Assembly: GCF_963921235.1 (NCBI RefSeq)
Contig: NC_086108.1
Location: 62,126,001-62,186,000, forward strand
Length of the DNA: 60,000 bases
Direction: 5' to 3'
Source: Mobula hypostoma
Lineage: Eukaryota
This document shows, piece after piece, positions 1 through 12,029 of the stretch. The notes beneath the pieces are model-generated. The model had not been told where the DNA came from, did no database searches, and saw only the letters and a list, made by a program, of their open reading frames with translations. Position 1 is the stretch's first letter; each line of letters begins with the position of its first letter. The translations under genes were made by a program, and so were the position numbers.

Positions 1-22
1 AGACACTGGACTGATTTCTGGG

Positions 23-430
23 ATGTGGAGATCACACTGTGAGAAGAAATTGGCTGTGATATGCACACTAGAACTTAGAAGAGTAAGAGATGACACAAAC
101 AAGATTCTGAGAGTGTGTGACAGAGCTGCATGCTCCTTCCTCAAGACCAAAAATGGGAACATTAAAGGTCAGTTATTGAGGATTGGAATAAAGAAAAAAA
201 TATTTAAGCAGAGAATTGTAAATCTTTCAAATTCTATACCTCAAAGGCCAGAGGGTGCTTATCACTTTGGGAATGCAAGGCTGGGATTAATAAATTTTCA
301 AACACTAAGAGGATCACAAAAAAGGGGAATCGACCAAAATGGCTTGAGGCATTGAGTTAGTCAAGGTCTAAATGACTAGAAAAGCAAGTTCAAAGAGGTG
401 CATGGCTTACTCCTGCTTCTAATTATTATG
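23..430 (+). mobile_element. Highly decayed CR1 LINE 3' fragment
   Basis: Remnants cttagaagagtaagagatga, cagagaattgtaaatct and a cttactcctgcttct tail resemble the CR1 3' ends elsewhere in the window. Confidence 0.55.
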
Positions 431-447
431 CTCTTAGCATTTCATCA

Positions 448-860
448 AAAGTCAAAGTGAAATTTATTATCAAAGAATGTATATGTTAACATATACCACA
501 ATGAGATTCATTTTCTTGCAGGCATTGACAGAAAAATAAAAAATACAATAGAATTTACAAAAAAATATACATAATCAAAGACTAACAAACAATTGATGTG
601 CAAAAGAAGACAAGTTGTACAAACAAAAAATAATAGTAAGAACATGGATTGTAAAGAGTCCTTGGAAGTAAGTCTGTAGGTTGTAGTATCAGTTCAGAGA
701 TGTGCTAAGTGAAGTTATCCATGCAGAACCTACGTGAACCTATAAGAAAGTAGAGGTACTGTCGTGCCTTCTTTATGATGGCACTTACATACTGGTCCTA
801 GGACAGATCCTACGATATGATAATGCAAAGAATTTAAAGCTACTGACCCTCTCCATCATA
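448..860 (-). mobile_element. Decayed Rex1/Babar-type LINE 3' fragment
   Basis: Tail aaagtcaaagtgaaatttattatc and gacagatcc...aatttaaagctactgaccctctcc resemble the reverse complement of the Rex1-type copies at 49.6-54 kb. Confidence 0.5.
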
Positions 861-1022
861 TTTACCATAAATATTGTCCAAGCTACAGTGTACTAGCATT
901 ATGACCCAAAACAGATCCTACATCCATTCAACAGGAATTCTGCAGATGCTGGAAATTCAAGCAACACACATCAAAGTTGCTGGTGAACGCAGCAGGCCAG
1001 GCAGCATCAGTAGGAAGAGGTA

Positions 1023-1064
1023 CAGTCGATGTTTCAGGCCGAGACCCTTCGTCAGGACTAACTG
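1023..1064 (-). ncRNA. Minimal hammerhead ribozyme (GAAACATC variant)
   Basis: Reverse complement reads cagttagtcCTGACGAagggtctcggcctGAAAcatcgactg. Confidence 0.75.
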
Positions 1065-1353
1065 AAGGAAGAGTGAGTAAGGGATTTGAAAGTTGGAGGG
1101 GGAGGGGGAGATCCAAAATGATAGGAGAAGACAGGAGGGGGAGGGATAGAGCCAAGAGCTGGACAGGTGATAGGCAAAAGGGGATACGAGAGGATCATGG
1201 GATAGGAGGTCCGGGAAGAAAGACAAGGGGGGGGGGACCCAGAGGTTGGGCAAGAGGTATATTCAGAGGGACAGAGGGAGAAAAAGGAGAGTGAGAGAAA
1301 GAATGGGTGCATAAAAATAAGTAACAGATGGGGTACGAGGGGGAGGTGGGGCC

Positions 1354-3757
1354 TTAGCGGAAGTTAGAGAAGTCGATGTTCATGCCATCAGGTTGGAGGC
1401 TACCCAGACAGAATATAAGGTGTTGTTCCTCCAACCTGAGTGTGGCTTCATCTTTACAGTAGAGGAGGCCGTGGATAGACATGTCAGAATGGGAATGGGA
1501 TGTGGAATTAAAATGTGTGGCCACTGGGAGATCCTGCTTTCTCTGGCGGACAGAGTGTAGATGTTCAGCAAAGCGGTCTCCCAGTCTGCGTCGGGTCTCG
1601 CCAATATATAAAAGGCCTCATCGGGAGCACCGGACGCAGTATATCACCCCAGTCGACTCACAGGTCAAGGGTTGCCTCACCTGGAAGGCCTGTTTGGGGC
1701 CGTGAATGGTGGTAAGGGAGGAAGTGTAAGGGCATGTGTAGCACTTGTTCCGCTTACACGGATAAGTGCCAGGAGGGAGATCAGTGGGGAGGGATGGGGG
1801 GGACGAATGGACAAGGGAGTTGCATAGGGAGCGATCCCTGCGGAATGCAGAGAGAGGGGGGGAGGGAAAGATGTGCTTAGTGGTGGGATCCCATTGGAGG
1901 TGGCGGAAGTTACGGAGAATAATATGTTGGACCCGGAGGCTGGTGGGGTGGTAGGTGAGGACCAGGGGAACCCTATTCCTAGTGGGGTGGCAGGAGGATG
2001 GAGTGAGAGCAGATGTACGTGAAATGGGGGAGATGCGTTTAAGAGCAGAGTTGATAGTGGAGGAAGGGAAGCCCCTTTCTTTAAAAAAGGAAGACATCTT
2101 ACTCATCCTGAGAGCAGATGCGGTGGAGACGGAGGAATTGCAAGAAGGGGATGGCGTTTTTGCAGGAGACAGGGTGAGAAGAGGAATAGTCCAGATAGCT
2201 GTGAGAGTCAGTAGGCTTATAGTAGACATCAGTGGATAAGCTGTCTCCAGAGACAGAGACAGAAAGATCTAGAAAGGGGAGGGAGGTGTCGGAAATGGAC
2301 CAGGTAAACTTGAGGGCAGGGTGAAAGTTGGAGGCAAAGTTAATAAAGTTAACGAGTTCTGCATGCGTGCAGGAAGCAGCGCCAATGCAGTCGTCGATGT
2401 AGCAAAGGAAAAGTGGGGGACAGATACCAGAATAGGCACGGAACATAGATTGTTCCACAAGCCCAACAAAAAGGCAGGCATAGCTAGGACCCATATGGGT
2501 GCCCATAGCTACACCTTTAGTTTGGAGGAAGTGGGAGGAGCCAAAGGAGAAATTATTAAGAGTAAGGACTAATTCCGCTAGACGGAGCAGAGTGGTGGTA
2601 GAGGGGAACTGATTAGGTCTGGAATCCAAAAAGAAGCGTAGAGCTTTGAGACCTTCCTGATGGGGGATGGAAGTATATAAGGACTGGACATCCATGGTGA
2701 AAATAAAGCGGTGGGGGCCAGGGAACTTAAAATCATCGAAAAGTTTAAGAGCGTGAGAAGTGTCACGAACATAGGTCGGGAGGGATTGAACAAGGGGTGA
2801 TAAAAATGAGTCGAGGTATGCAGAAACGAGTTTGGTGGGGCAGGAGCAAGCTGAGACAATAGGACGGCCAGGACACGCAGGTTTGTGGATCTTGGGTAGG
2901 AGGTAGAAACAGGAAGTGCGGGGTGTGGGAACTATAAGGTTGGTAGCAGTGGATGGGAGATCCCCTGAGCGGATAAAGTCGGTGATGGTGAGGGAGACAA
3001 TGGCCTGGTGCTCCTTAGTGGGGTCACGATCAAGGGGTAAATAAGAGGAGGTATCCGCGAGTTGTCGCTGTGCCTCGGCAAGGTAGAGGTCAGTACGCCA
3101 GACTACAACAGTACCCCCCTTATCAGCGGGTTTAATAATAAGGTTAGGATTAGTGCGGAGGGAGTGGAGAGCAGAGCGTTCCGAAGGAGTGAGGTTGGAA
3201 TGGGGACAAGGTGCGGTGAAGTCAAGACGGTTGATGTCCCTTCGGCAATTAGCGATAAAGAGATCCAGAGCAGGCAGAAGACCAGAGCGGGGTGTCCATG
3301 AAGAAGAGGAGGGTTGAAGACGGGAGAAGGGGTCATCGGTGGAGGTGGAAGAGTCCTTGCTGAAGAAGTAGGCTCGGAGACGGAGACGGCGGAAGAAAAG
3401 TTCCGCATCGTGGCGAACATGGAACTCGCTGAGGTGTGGGTGAAGGGAGACAAACGTGAGGCCCTTACTGAGAACAGAGCGTTCTGCCTCCGACAGTTGA
3501 AGATCGGAGGGGATGGTAAAGACCCAGCACAGATGAGAGCTGGGATCAGAGGTGGGAGGGGGGAGGCTGGGTGTGTCAATGGAGAGGGGAGGGTTGGGGT
3601 GAGAGGAAGATGGAGCCTCTGAGGGCCCAGGAGCTGACGGTGGGATCTGAGGAAGACGGGGCTGCGGAGTGGTGGTGGGGGAAGGGGAGACGGGAGTCAC
3701 AACAGCAGCACATAAAGACCCGGCCTGGAGTTCAAGGTTGGAGTTGCAGTTGGTGCA
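1354..3757 (-). pseudogene. PLE polyprotein (reverse transcriptase + GIY-YIG endonuclease), disrupted
   Basis: ORF 2099..3769 has IKPADKG, LLPKIHK, GRPIVS, MDVQSLYTSI, GVAMG and YIDD. A small deletion/frameshift lies near 2100. The frame continues CKRNKCYTC...GVIYCVRCSR*GLLYIGETRRRLGDRFAEH...MNIDFSNFR to a stop at 1354. Confidence 0.9.
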
Positions 3758-4477
3758 GTGAGGCAACACTTCACCTGTGAGTCGACTGGGGTGATATACT
3801 GCGTCCGGTGCTCCCGATGAGGCCTTTTATATATTGGCGAGACCCGACGCAGACTGGGAGATCGCTTTGCTGAACATCTACGCTCTGTCCGCCAGAGAAA
3901 GCAGGATCTCCCAGTGGCCACACATTTTAATTCCACATCCCATTCCCATTCTGACATGTCTATCCACGGCCTCCTCTACTGTAAAGATGAAGCCACACTC
4001 AGGTTGGAGGAACAACACCTTATCCTCCGTCTGGGTAGCCTCCAACCTGATGGCATGAACATCGACTTCTCTAACTTCCGCTAAAGCCCCACCTCCCCCT
4101 CGTACCCCATCTGTTACTTATTTTTATGCACACATTCTTTCTCTCACTCTCCTTTTTCTCCCTCTGTCCCTCTGAATATACTTCTTGCCCATTCTCTGGG
4201 TCCCCCCCCCGCCATCTTTCTTCCCGGATCTCCTATCCCATGATCCTCTCGTATCCCCTTTTGCCTATCACCTGTCCAGCTCTTGGCTCCATCCCTCCCC
4301 CTCCTGTCTTCTCCTATCATTTTGGATCTTCCCCTCCCCCTCCAACTTTCAAATCCCTTACTCACTCTTCCTTCAGTTAGTCCTGACGAAGGGTCTCGGC
4401 CTGAAACGTCGACTGCACCTCTTCCTACAGATGCTGCCTGGCCTGCTGCATTCATCAGCAACTTTGATGTGTGTTGC
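3758..4477 (+). repeat. Inverted arm of the PLE (GIY-YIG coding end, 3' UTR and hammerhead)
   Basis: Near-identical reverse complement of 961-1680; mirrored ORFs in the ORF track (e.g. 1380..1604- vs 3834..4058+). Confidence 0.95.
4374..4415 (+). ncRNA. Minimal type I hammerhead ribozyme (PLE-associated), intact core
   Basis: cagttAGTC-CTGACGA-a-GGGT(ctcg)GCCT-GAAA-CGTC-GACTg: CUGANGA and GAAA core, stem I AGTC/GACT, palindromic ACGT in place of stem III. Confidence 0.85.
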
Positions 4478-4887
4478 CTACATCCCTTCAATGGAATTGG
4501 CTCAGTAATGTAAAAACTCTCTCCAGAGAAATTTAATCAACTCTGATTGATGACAAGCTTTATGTTAAGGAAAGGTACTGTTTCATGTCATTGCTGGATT
4601 TGCAAACGAGCAAGCTGCAATCAACATTTAGTTTTAAAAGCAGATTTGAAGAACATAAGATATGGTTATCTTTTGATATGTACAGTATGGCCACAATTAA
4701 ATTTAAAAAATGAAATGACAATTAAATGCTTATGATTTTGCTGAAAATAAATTATGATTAACTGAGAAAAGTCTTCTGTCAAACTTGTGAAATACTTAAG
4801 TGACAATTTTTATAAATTGTTTTTTTTTGCAAATGTATTTGAATTTAATTTACATATCCTACCTTTTGATATATGACACAATTTGAC

Positions 4888-5282
4888 TATAAGAATATAA
4901 GACCATAAGGTATAAGGAGCAGAATTAGACCATTCAGAGCATCAGGTCTGCTCCAACATTGAAGCATGGCTGATTTCTTTTTCTTAATCCCAGACTTCCG
5001 CCTTCTCCCCGTAATTCTTATCCCCCTTACCAAATGAGAACCTATCAACCTCTGTTTTAAATACACCCCAATTACTTGGCCTCATTCCATTGATTCACCA
5101 TGCTTCGGCTGAAGAAATTTCTCCTCATCTCAGATCTAAAGGGTGAAGCTGTGAAACTTTATTTTGAAGCTGTGCCCTTGGATCCTAGACTCCTAACAAT
5201 GAAAATACCTTCTTCACATCCACTCTATACAGGTCTTTCAATATTCAGCAGGTTTCAATAGGATCCCCCTCATCCTTCTGAC
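4888..5282 (-). mobile_element. CR1 LINE 3' end fragment
   Basis: taagaccataag tail repeats followed by the reverse complement of the RT C-terminus (gaagaaatttctcctcatctc). Confidence 0.75.
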
Positions 5283-6265
5283 TCATATGAATGCTAATGA
5301 TGCTTAATACTCAGCCCAGCAGCATCCACAGAAGAGAAATGTAAATTCAGTCTTTACTTCCATAATGTTTCAGGGTTTCATATGTATGTCAATATATCTG
5401 CCATTGACAAGCTACTGATAAAAGTCAGATTCTCATATCATGTGGAAAAACAAACTAAATATCCTAGGAATGTAATCTCTCAATTTCTGTACAATGAATA
5501 GACTTCATACCTACAGCTTTTATAACCTTGAAGGTGGCTATATTTCTGTGGCAGGCAGCATTATGCCAAAGACCAAGATTCTGACCATCTCATGAAAATG
5601 AGAGATGCATTCCAAAATTTTTCTTGAAATTGCTTTTATCTGAGAAGTTTACTGTTGTAAGAGAACAAAGAAAATGTCATGTGCTATGAGTTATTAAATG
5701 TCTAGGGACAATGCTAAGACAAAATTTTGTTTATGTTTTGGAATCTCTTAATTCTTGCCTAAATTCAAGATGTAATTAAAAAATCAAACACTTTCATTTG
5801 AACAAACTTTACTGTTGTGTTCCACCAGATGTCAATATGAAAAGCACTGTGCAGCCTTCAGCTTGGACCATTAAATGGCATACATAAAAATTAAGAAAAA
5901 TGAAGTAGAGACTTCTTTGGGGAAATTAGAAATAGAAGCTAAATATACTGTTAAAAAGGCATTACAAGTCAAAATAGCAATTAGAATCTAAAACGAATAA
6001 GAGAATTCAGTGGCACCTTAAATGTATATATGACACTGGTGAGTCTGCATTTATAGCACTTTGCAAAGTTCGTTCTCCACACTTCCAAAAGAACATTGAA
6101 GCAATTAAAAAGCTGCAAAAAAACCACTATGGAAATGAAAGATCATAGTTCTCAGGAAAGATTGAACAGGATGAAGTTATAAGATGGATATGAGAATTTG
6201 TGGTCTATATATATTAAACTTTAAATAACTGTATGGGTTGATTGATCAATTTCTTCAATTGATTG

Positions 6266-9200
6266 TTGAGGAGCAAAATTAGGGCATTTGGCCCATCGAG
6301 ACTGCTCCACCATTCTATCATGGCTGATCCTTTTTCCCCCTCCTCAGCCCCACTCCTTGGCTTTCTCCCCATAACCTTTGATGCCATGTCCAATCAAAAA
6401 CTATCAAGCTCTGCCTTAAATACACCCAACGACCTGGCCTCCACAGCTGCCTGTGGTAATAAATTCCAAAAATTCACCACCCTCTGGTGAAAGAAATTTC
6501 TTTGCAACTCTGTTTTAAATGGACGCCCCTCTATCCTAAGGCTATGCCCTCTTGTCCTAGACCGTCCACCATGAGAAACATCCTTTCCACATCTTAGTCT
6601 GTCTAGGCCTTTCAACATTTGAAAGGTTTCAATGAGATCCCCACTCATTCTTCTAAATCCAAAGAGTACAGACCCAGAGCTATCAAATGTTCCTCGTATG
6701 ATAGCACTTTCATTCCTGGAATCATCCTTGTGAACCTCCTCTGAACCCCCTCCAATGCTGGCATATCTTTTCTTGGATGAGGAGTCCAAAACTGTTGATA
6801 ATACTCAAGGTGAGGCCTCACCAGTGCCTTATAAAATTTCAGCATCACATCCCTACCCTTGTATTCTAGACCTCTTGAAACGAATGCTAACATTGCATTT
6901 ACCTTTCTCACCACTGACTCTCCCTGTAAGTTAACCTTCAGGGTGTTCTGCAGAAGGACTCTCAAGTCCTTTTGCATCTCCGATCTTTGGATTTTCTCCC
7001 CATTTAGAAAATAGTCTGCACATTTATTTCTCTACCAAAGTGTATGACCATGCATTTTCCAACATTGTATTTCATTTGCCTCTCTCTTGCCCATTCTCCT
7101 AACCTCTCTAAGTCTTTCTGTAGCCTTCCTGTTTTCTCAATGCTACCTGACCCTCCACCAATCCTCGTATCATTTACAAACTTGGCAACAAAGCCATCTA
7201 TTCCATCATCTAAATCACTGATATACAGCATAAAGAGAAGTGGGCCCAACACTGACCCCTGAAGAACACAAATAGTCACTGGCAGCCAACCGGAAAAGGA
7301 CCCTTTTATTCCCACTCACTGCCTCCTATCTATTAGCCAATGCTCAAGCCATGCCAGTAACATTCCTGTAATACCATGGGCTCTTAACTTGGTAAGCAAC
7401 CTCATGTGTAGCACTTGTCAAAGGCCTTCTGAAAGTCCAAGTATACAAAATCCACTGCATCCCCTTTATCTATCCTACATGTAATTTCATCAAAGAATTC
7501 CAGAAGGATTATCAGGCAAAATTTTCCCTTAAGGAAACCATGCTGACTTTGGCCTATCTTGTCCTGTGTCACCAAATACTCCGTAACCTCATCCTTACCA
7601 AATGACTCCAACATCTTCCCAACCAATGAGGTCAGGCTAACTGGTCTATAATTTACTTTTTGCTGCCTTCCTCCTTTCTTAAAGAGTGGAGTGACATTTG
7701 CAATTTTCCAGTCCTCTGGTACCATGCCAGAGTCCAACGATATATGAAAAATCATTACCAATGCCTCCACAATCTCTTTCATATTCCTAGGGTGCAGTTC
7801 ATCTGGTCCGGGTGTCTTATGTACCTTTAGATCTTTCAGCTTTTTGAGCACCTTCTCCCTTGTAATAGTAACTGCACTCACTTCTCTTCCCTTGTACCCT
7901 TCATCATCTGGCACACTGCAAGTGTCTTCCACAGTGAAGGCTGATGCAAAATACACATTTAGTTCATCTGTCATTTTCTTGCCCCTCATTATTATTTCTT
8001 TGGCCTCATTTTCTAGCGGTCCTATATCCATTCTCATCTGTTTTGTTTTTACATACTTGAAAAAAGCTTTTACTATCCACTTTGATGTTGCTTGCTAGCT
8101 TGCTTTCTTTCATATTTCATCTTTTCCCTCCTAATGATTCTTTCAGTTGCTCTCGGTAGGGTTTTAAAAGCTTCCCAATCCTCTGTCTTCCCACTAATTT
8201 TTGCTTTGTTGTATGCCCTCTCTTTTGCTTTTACATTAGCTTTGACTTCCCTTGTCAGCCACAGTTGCACTATTTTGCTATTTGAGTACTTCTTCATTTG
8301 TGGAATACATCAATCCTGCATCTTCCTCAGTTTTCACAGAAACTCACACCATTGCTGCTCTGCTGTCATCCCTGCCAGCATCTCCTTTCAATTTTCTTTG
8401 GCCAACTCCTCTCTCATAACACTGAAATGCTGCTATGTCAAATTTTACTTTCTCCCAATCAAATTTCAAGTTGAACTCAATCATACTGTGATCACCGTCT
8501 TCTAAGGGTTCCTTTACCTTAAGTTCCCTAATCACCTCTGGTTCATTACGTAACACCCAATCCAGTATAGCTGATCCCCTAGTAGGCTCAACGACAAACT
8601 GCTCAAAAAAGCCACCTCATAGGTATTCAACAAACTCACTCTCTTGAGATCCATCTCCAACCTGATTTTCCCAATCAACCTGCATGTTGAAATCTCCCAT
8701 GAGTATCATAACATTGCCCTTTTGACACGCCTTTCCTATTTCCTGTTGTAAACTGTGGTCCACATCCCAGCTACTGTTGGGAGGCTTGTATATAACTGCC
8801 ATCAAGGTCTTTTACACTCACATTTCCTTAATTCAACCCACAAGGATTCAACACCTTCCAATCCTATGTCACATCTTTCTACTGATTTGATGCCATTCTT
8901 TACCAGTAGAGCCATGCCACCCCCTCTACCTATCTTCCTATCCCTCTGATACAAAGTGTAACATTGGACATTTAGCTTCCAACTACAACCATCATTCAGC
9001 TACGATTCAGTGATGACCACAACATCATACATGACAATCTATAATAGTGCAACAATATCATCCATCTTACTTCTTATACTCTGTGCATTGAGATATAATA
9101 CATTGAGTACTGCATTTGCTACCTTTTTTGATTCTGCGTCCCTAATGCATTGATACTCACCCTGCTGGCTGCAATTAGGTCCTTTCATCTGCTTGCCCTT

Positions 9201-9550
9201 CCTGACAGTGTGACTGCACGCTTTCTTTGCTTTTTTACCATCCATCCTATCCTGAGTCCCTTCACTCTGGTTCCCATTCCCCTACCAAATTAGTTTAAAC
9301 CCTCCCCAACAGCTCAAACAAACCTTCCCACAAGAATATTGGTCGCCCTCGGGTTCAGGTGCAACCCATCACTTTTGAACAGATCATATCTCCCCCAAAG
9401 ACATCCCAATTATCCAAGAACCTGAAGCCTTGGACCCTGCAACAGCTTCTCAGCCATGTATTGATCTGCCAGATCACTCTGTTTCTACTCTCACTGGCGC
9501 ATGGCACAGGCAGCAATCCAGAAATTACTACCCAAGAAGCCCTGCTTTTT
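6266..9550 (-). mobile_element. 5'-truncated, decayed CR1 LINE (end of ORF1, APE and RT)
   Basis: Minus-strand ORF fragments with YKPPNS, MGDFN, PEDWKIANVTPLFKKG, LDFQKAFD, QGSVLGPLLF and LVRPHLEY. Confidence 0.92.
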
Positions 9551-10399
9551 TGGTGAAGAGTGAACTAACAATTCATGACTGGCGGAAGCTATAAATGAGT
9601 TACTGAGATTTTCTTCCCAAATCTAAGTGATATAATTCCCCACTGCACAACTTTTTTCAATCCTTGTTACAAGGGAGAGATCCTTGCTGCTGCAATAGAG
9701 CGCTTATCTCTATATCTGAGTTTCATCACTAAGAATTTTAAAAACATATTCATTCATAGATTCCACAACTTCCTCGCGAACTGTGATTTACTACAGACTT
9801 GTGTCTTAAGGAGATGATGGTAAACTACTCTTACGACAAGCTGCGCTTTGCCAGTTATTTCCAAGGACGGTTACTATTAATTGCAATTTGACAGAGCACT
9901 GAAGTGGCAGAGGAGTTTAGTACATGGGAGATTTATGTACACTGAGGGGAAGAGGTGCTGTACTACTCAGTGAACTAATCTAATAAATGGTGACAAGGCA
10001 AGGCGCCTCAACCTAGTGAATGCATATCTTGTGCTTTGTGAAACACCAGACATTTCCTGTGTCCTGGATAATCACAGATACAGGAAGTGCCATCAACCAC
10101 AGCGGGATTTAGAGCTTGAGCAAGAGCTGACAGCACTGAGGTCCCTTTGTGAGGCTGAATTTTGATGATTAGCATTTTCCAGGTGATTGTCATCCTGTAG
10201 ATCAACAGAGTGCAGGCAAAGAAGAAAGGTCCACCGCCATGCGGACAAAAAGGAGCAGGCAGGTTGATTAGTGTGACCTTGAGACCATGCAGGTCTCTAA
10301 TCACCGCATTTTCTGGGGAGTGATGGCAAAGGAAAAATTGTAGTACCTGCCCAGGGAAGGAGGAAAAAAGACCAAGAAGAAAAAAAATTCAGGGAATTT

Positions 10400-11460
10400 T
10401 ATTATTAGAGGAGTAGAAGATGTATTGATTGCAGAAGGCATTCCAGGAAGGTGTGTTGCCACCTTGGTTACAGAATCAAGGACATCACTGAGCAGCTACA
10501 AGAGAAAAATGAAGCGATCACGGCACAGATTAGTACCAAATATCCTAGACAAATAAAACAATGAAGAAGATTTTAAAGAGTTACAAAAGAGACTAAGAAG
10601 TGGGTCTTCAAAAGTAGAAATCTCCAGATTACTCTCCAAGGTAGATCACTGGCTAGGAGGAAAGGAGAATGGTCAATAGAAGGTTTGGTTATCAATGTTG
10701 CTTCAGATGACTCAGTAACTAGCCTGTTGCTTTTTGCAATTTATATTTATGATATAAGACTAAACGTAGGAGAAATGAGACTGAACTGTGCAATAGTACA
10801 AAACTTGGCTATGTGGTTGACTGAGGAGAAAAGCTCTAGACTGCAGGTAACTAGGCCTGTTGAAAAGGGTAGAATAAATGGCAAATGGAATTTAATGCAG
10901 AAAAGTTTGAAGTAATGCATTTACAGAAGTGCAGCTGTTAAGGGAATGGGCAAGAAGTGGTAGAAAATAAATAAGTGATGCCACAGAGGGAACTTTTTAT
11001 ATGCTCAGTAGGACAAGTCAATAATGTGGTTAGAAACCATTCAAGAGGCCTCCTTTAAGAGCCAAGATAGGTTATATCACAACTGAAAATAACCCTAGTT
11101 AGATCACAGCTTGTATTATCATGTACAGTTACAGTCACTGCATTCCATGAAAGATGTTATTGTTCTGGAGCTGATATAGAGGACATTATTAGGACTGAAA
11201 AATTAAAGCTAAGAAAATATTGGATAAATTAGTGTTGATTTCTTTGCGAGGTACAAGAGGCACAGAGTTTAATGTGTAGAAAATTATGAAAGGTCCAGAC
11301 AGAGCAAAATGAAAAAAATCTATTTCTCTTCAGAGAACTGCAAAATCTGGGGACATAGATTTAAAATGAAGAGATGAAGAAAACATTTCTCAGCTAGAGA
11401 TTTCTATGGTCCGAACACACTGTATGAAAAGATGCGGTAGCAAAATTCCACATCAGGTTT
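10400..11460 (+). mobile_element. Very old, decayed CR1 remnants
   Basis: Scattered motifs gtgtgttgccaccttggt (esterase), aaatggcaaatggaatttaatgcagaaaagt and ctagttagatcacagctt (RT). Confidence 0.5.
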
Positions 11461-11469
11461 AAAAAGTGT

Positions 11470-11640
11470 TCCCCTTGTCTCATCACCTTCTCTGCAACTT
11501 CAAGGAATTGCTATTTTACTCTCATTTGCTATTCTGATGTTGGGCCTTTGACCTGAAACATTAACTCTGTTTTTATCTCCGTGGATGTTGCCTAACCTGC
11601 TAAGCATTTCTTCTATTTTCCAGCAGATTTCCACCATATG
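11470..11640 (+). mobile_element. Decayed PLE 3' tail with a degenerate hammerhead
   Basis: ttCTGATGTtgggcctttgacctGAAAcattaact...gatgttgcctaacctgctaagcatttc. Confidence 0.55.
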
Positions 11641-12029
11641 GCTGCTTTATCTTAACTGAAGAAACATTTAGATGTGTACCTGAAGAACTGTGATCTGCAT
11701 CATTCTGTGCCTACTTTTGGAAGATGGGATTAGGTTGTACAACTCAGTACAGACATAATGGGCTAAATGTCTCCTTCAGTGGTGCATTAGGACATAGAAA
11801 ACAAAAAGAAATGGAACAGACACTTTGGCCCATGTTGTCTGTGTCAGTAATGATGCCAATCCAAACTAATCCCATCTGCCTGCACATCGTCTATATCACT
11901 TCATTCCCTACCTATTCCTTAAATGTCACTATCATATTTACTTCCACTGCTTTTCCTGGGAGTGCATTCTAGGCATCTGCCACACTTGGTGTAAAAAAAC
12001 AATTGTCACATAAATCTCCTTCATAAAAT

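Larger units (their letters stand above)
932..4476 (-). mobile_element. Penelope-like retroelement with an inverted duplicate of its 3' end (inverted pseudo-LTR)
   Basis: PLE-type RT plus C-terminal GIY-YIG on the minus strand; 961-1680 is inverted at 3758-4477; TSD cctacatcc(a/c)ttcaa at 917-931 and 4477-4491. Confidence 0.92.

Noticed and set aside
928..1312. Several overlapping 75-115 aa ORFs repeated at 4126-4513 and 41762-42306
   Set aside because: They are spurious frames across the purine/pyrimidine-skewed PLE 3' UTR; they recur because the repeat recurs
932..1353. SECIS element in the PLE 3' UTR
   Set aside because: No convincing AUGA/GA quartet with an apical AA loop was visible by eye; needs a computational search
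2099..3769. 556-aa RT ORF as a telomerase, retron or domesticated host gene
   Set aside because: The motifs, downstream GIY-YIG, TSD and hammerheads identify a PLE; the ORF is frameshifted and its start lies at the inversion junction
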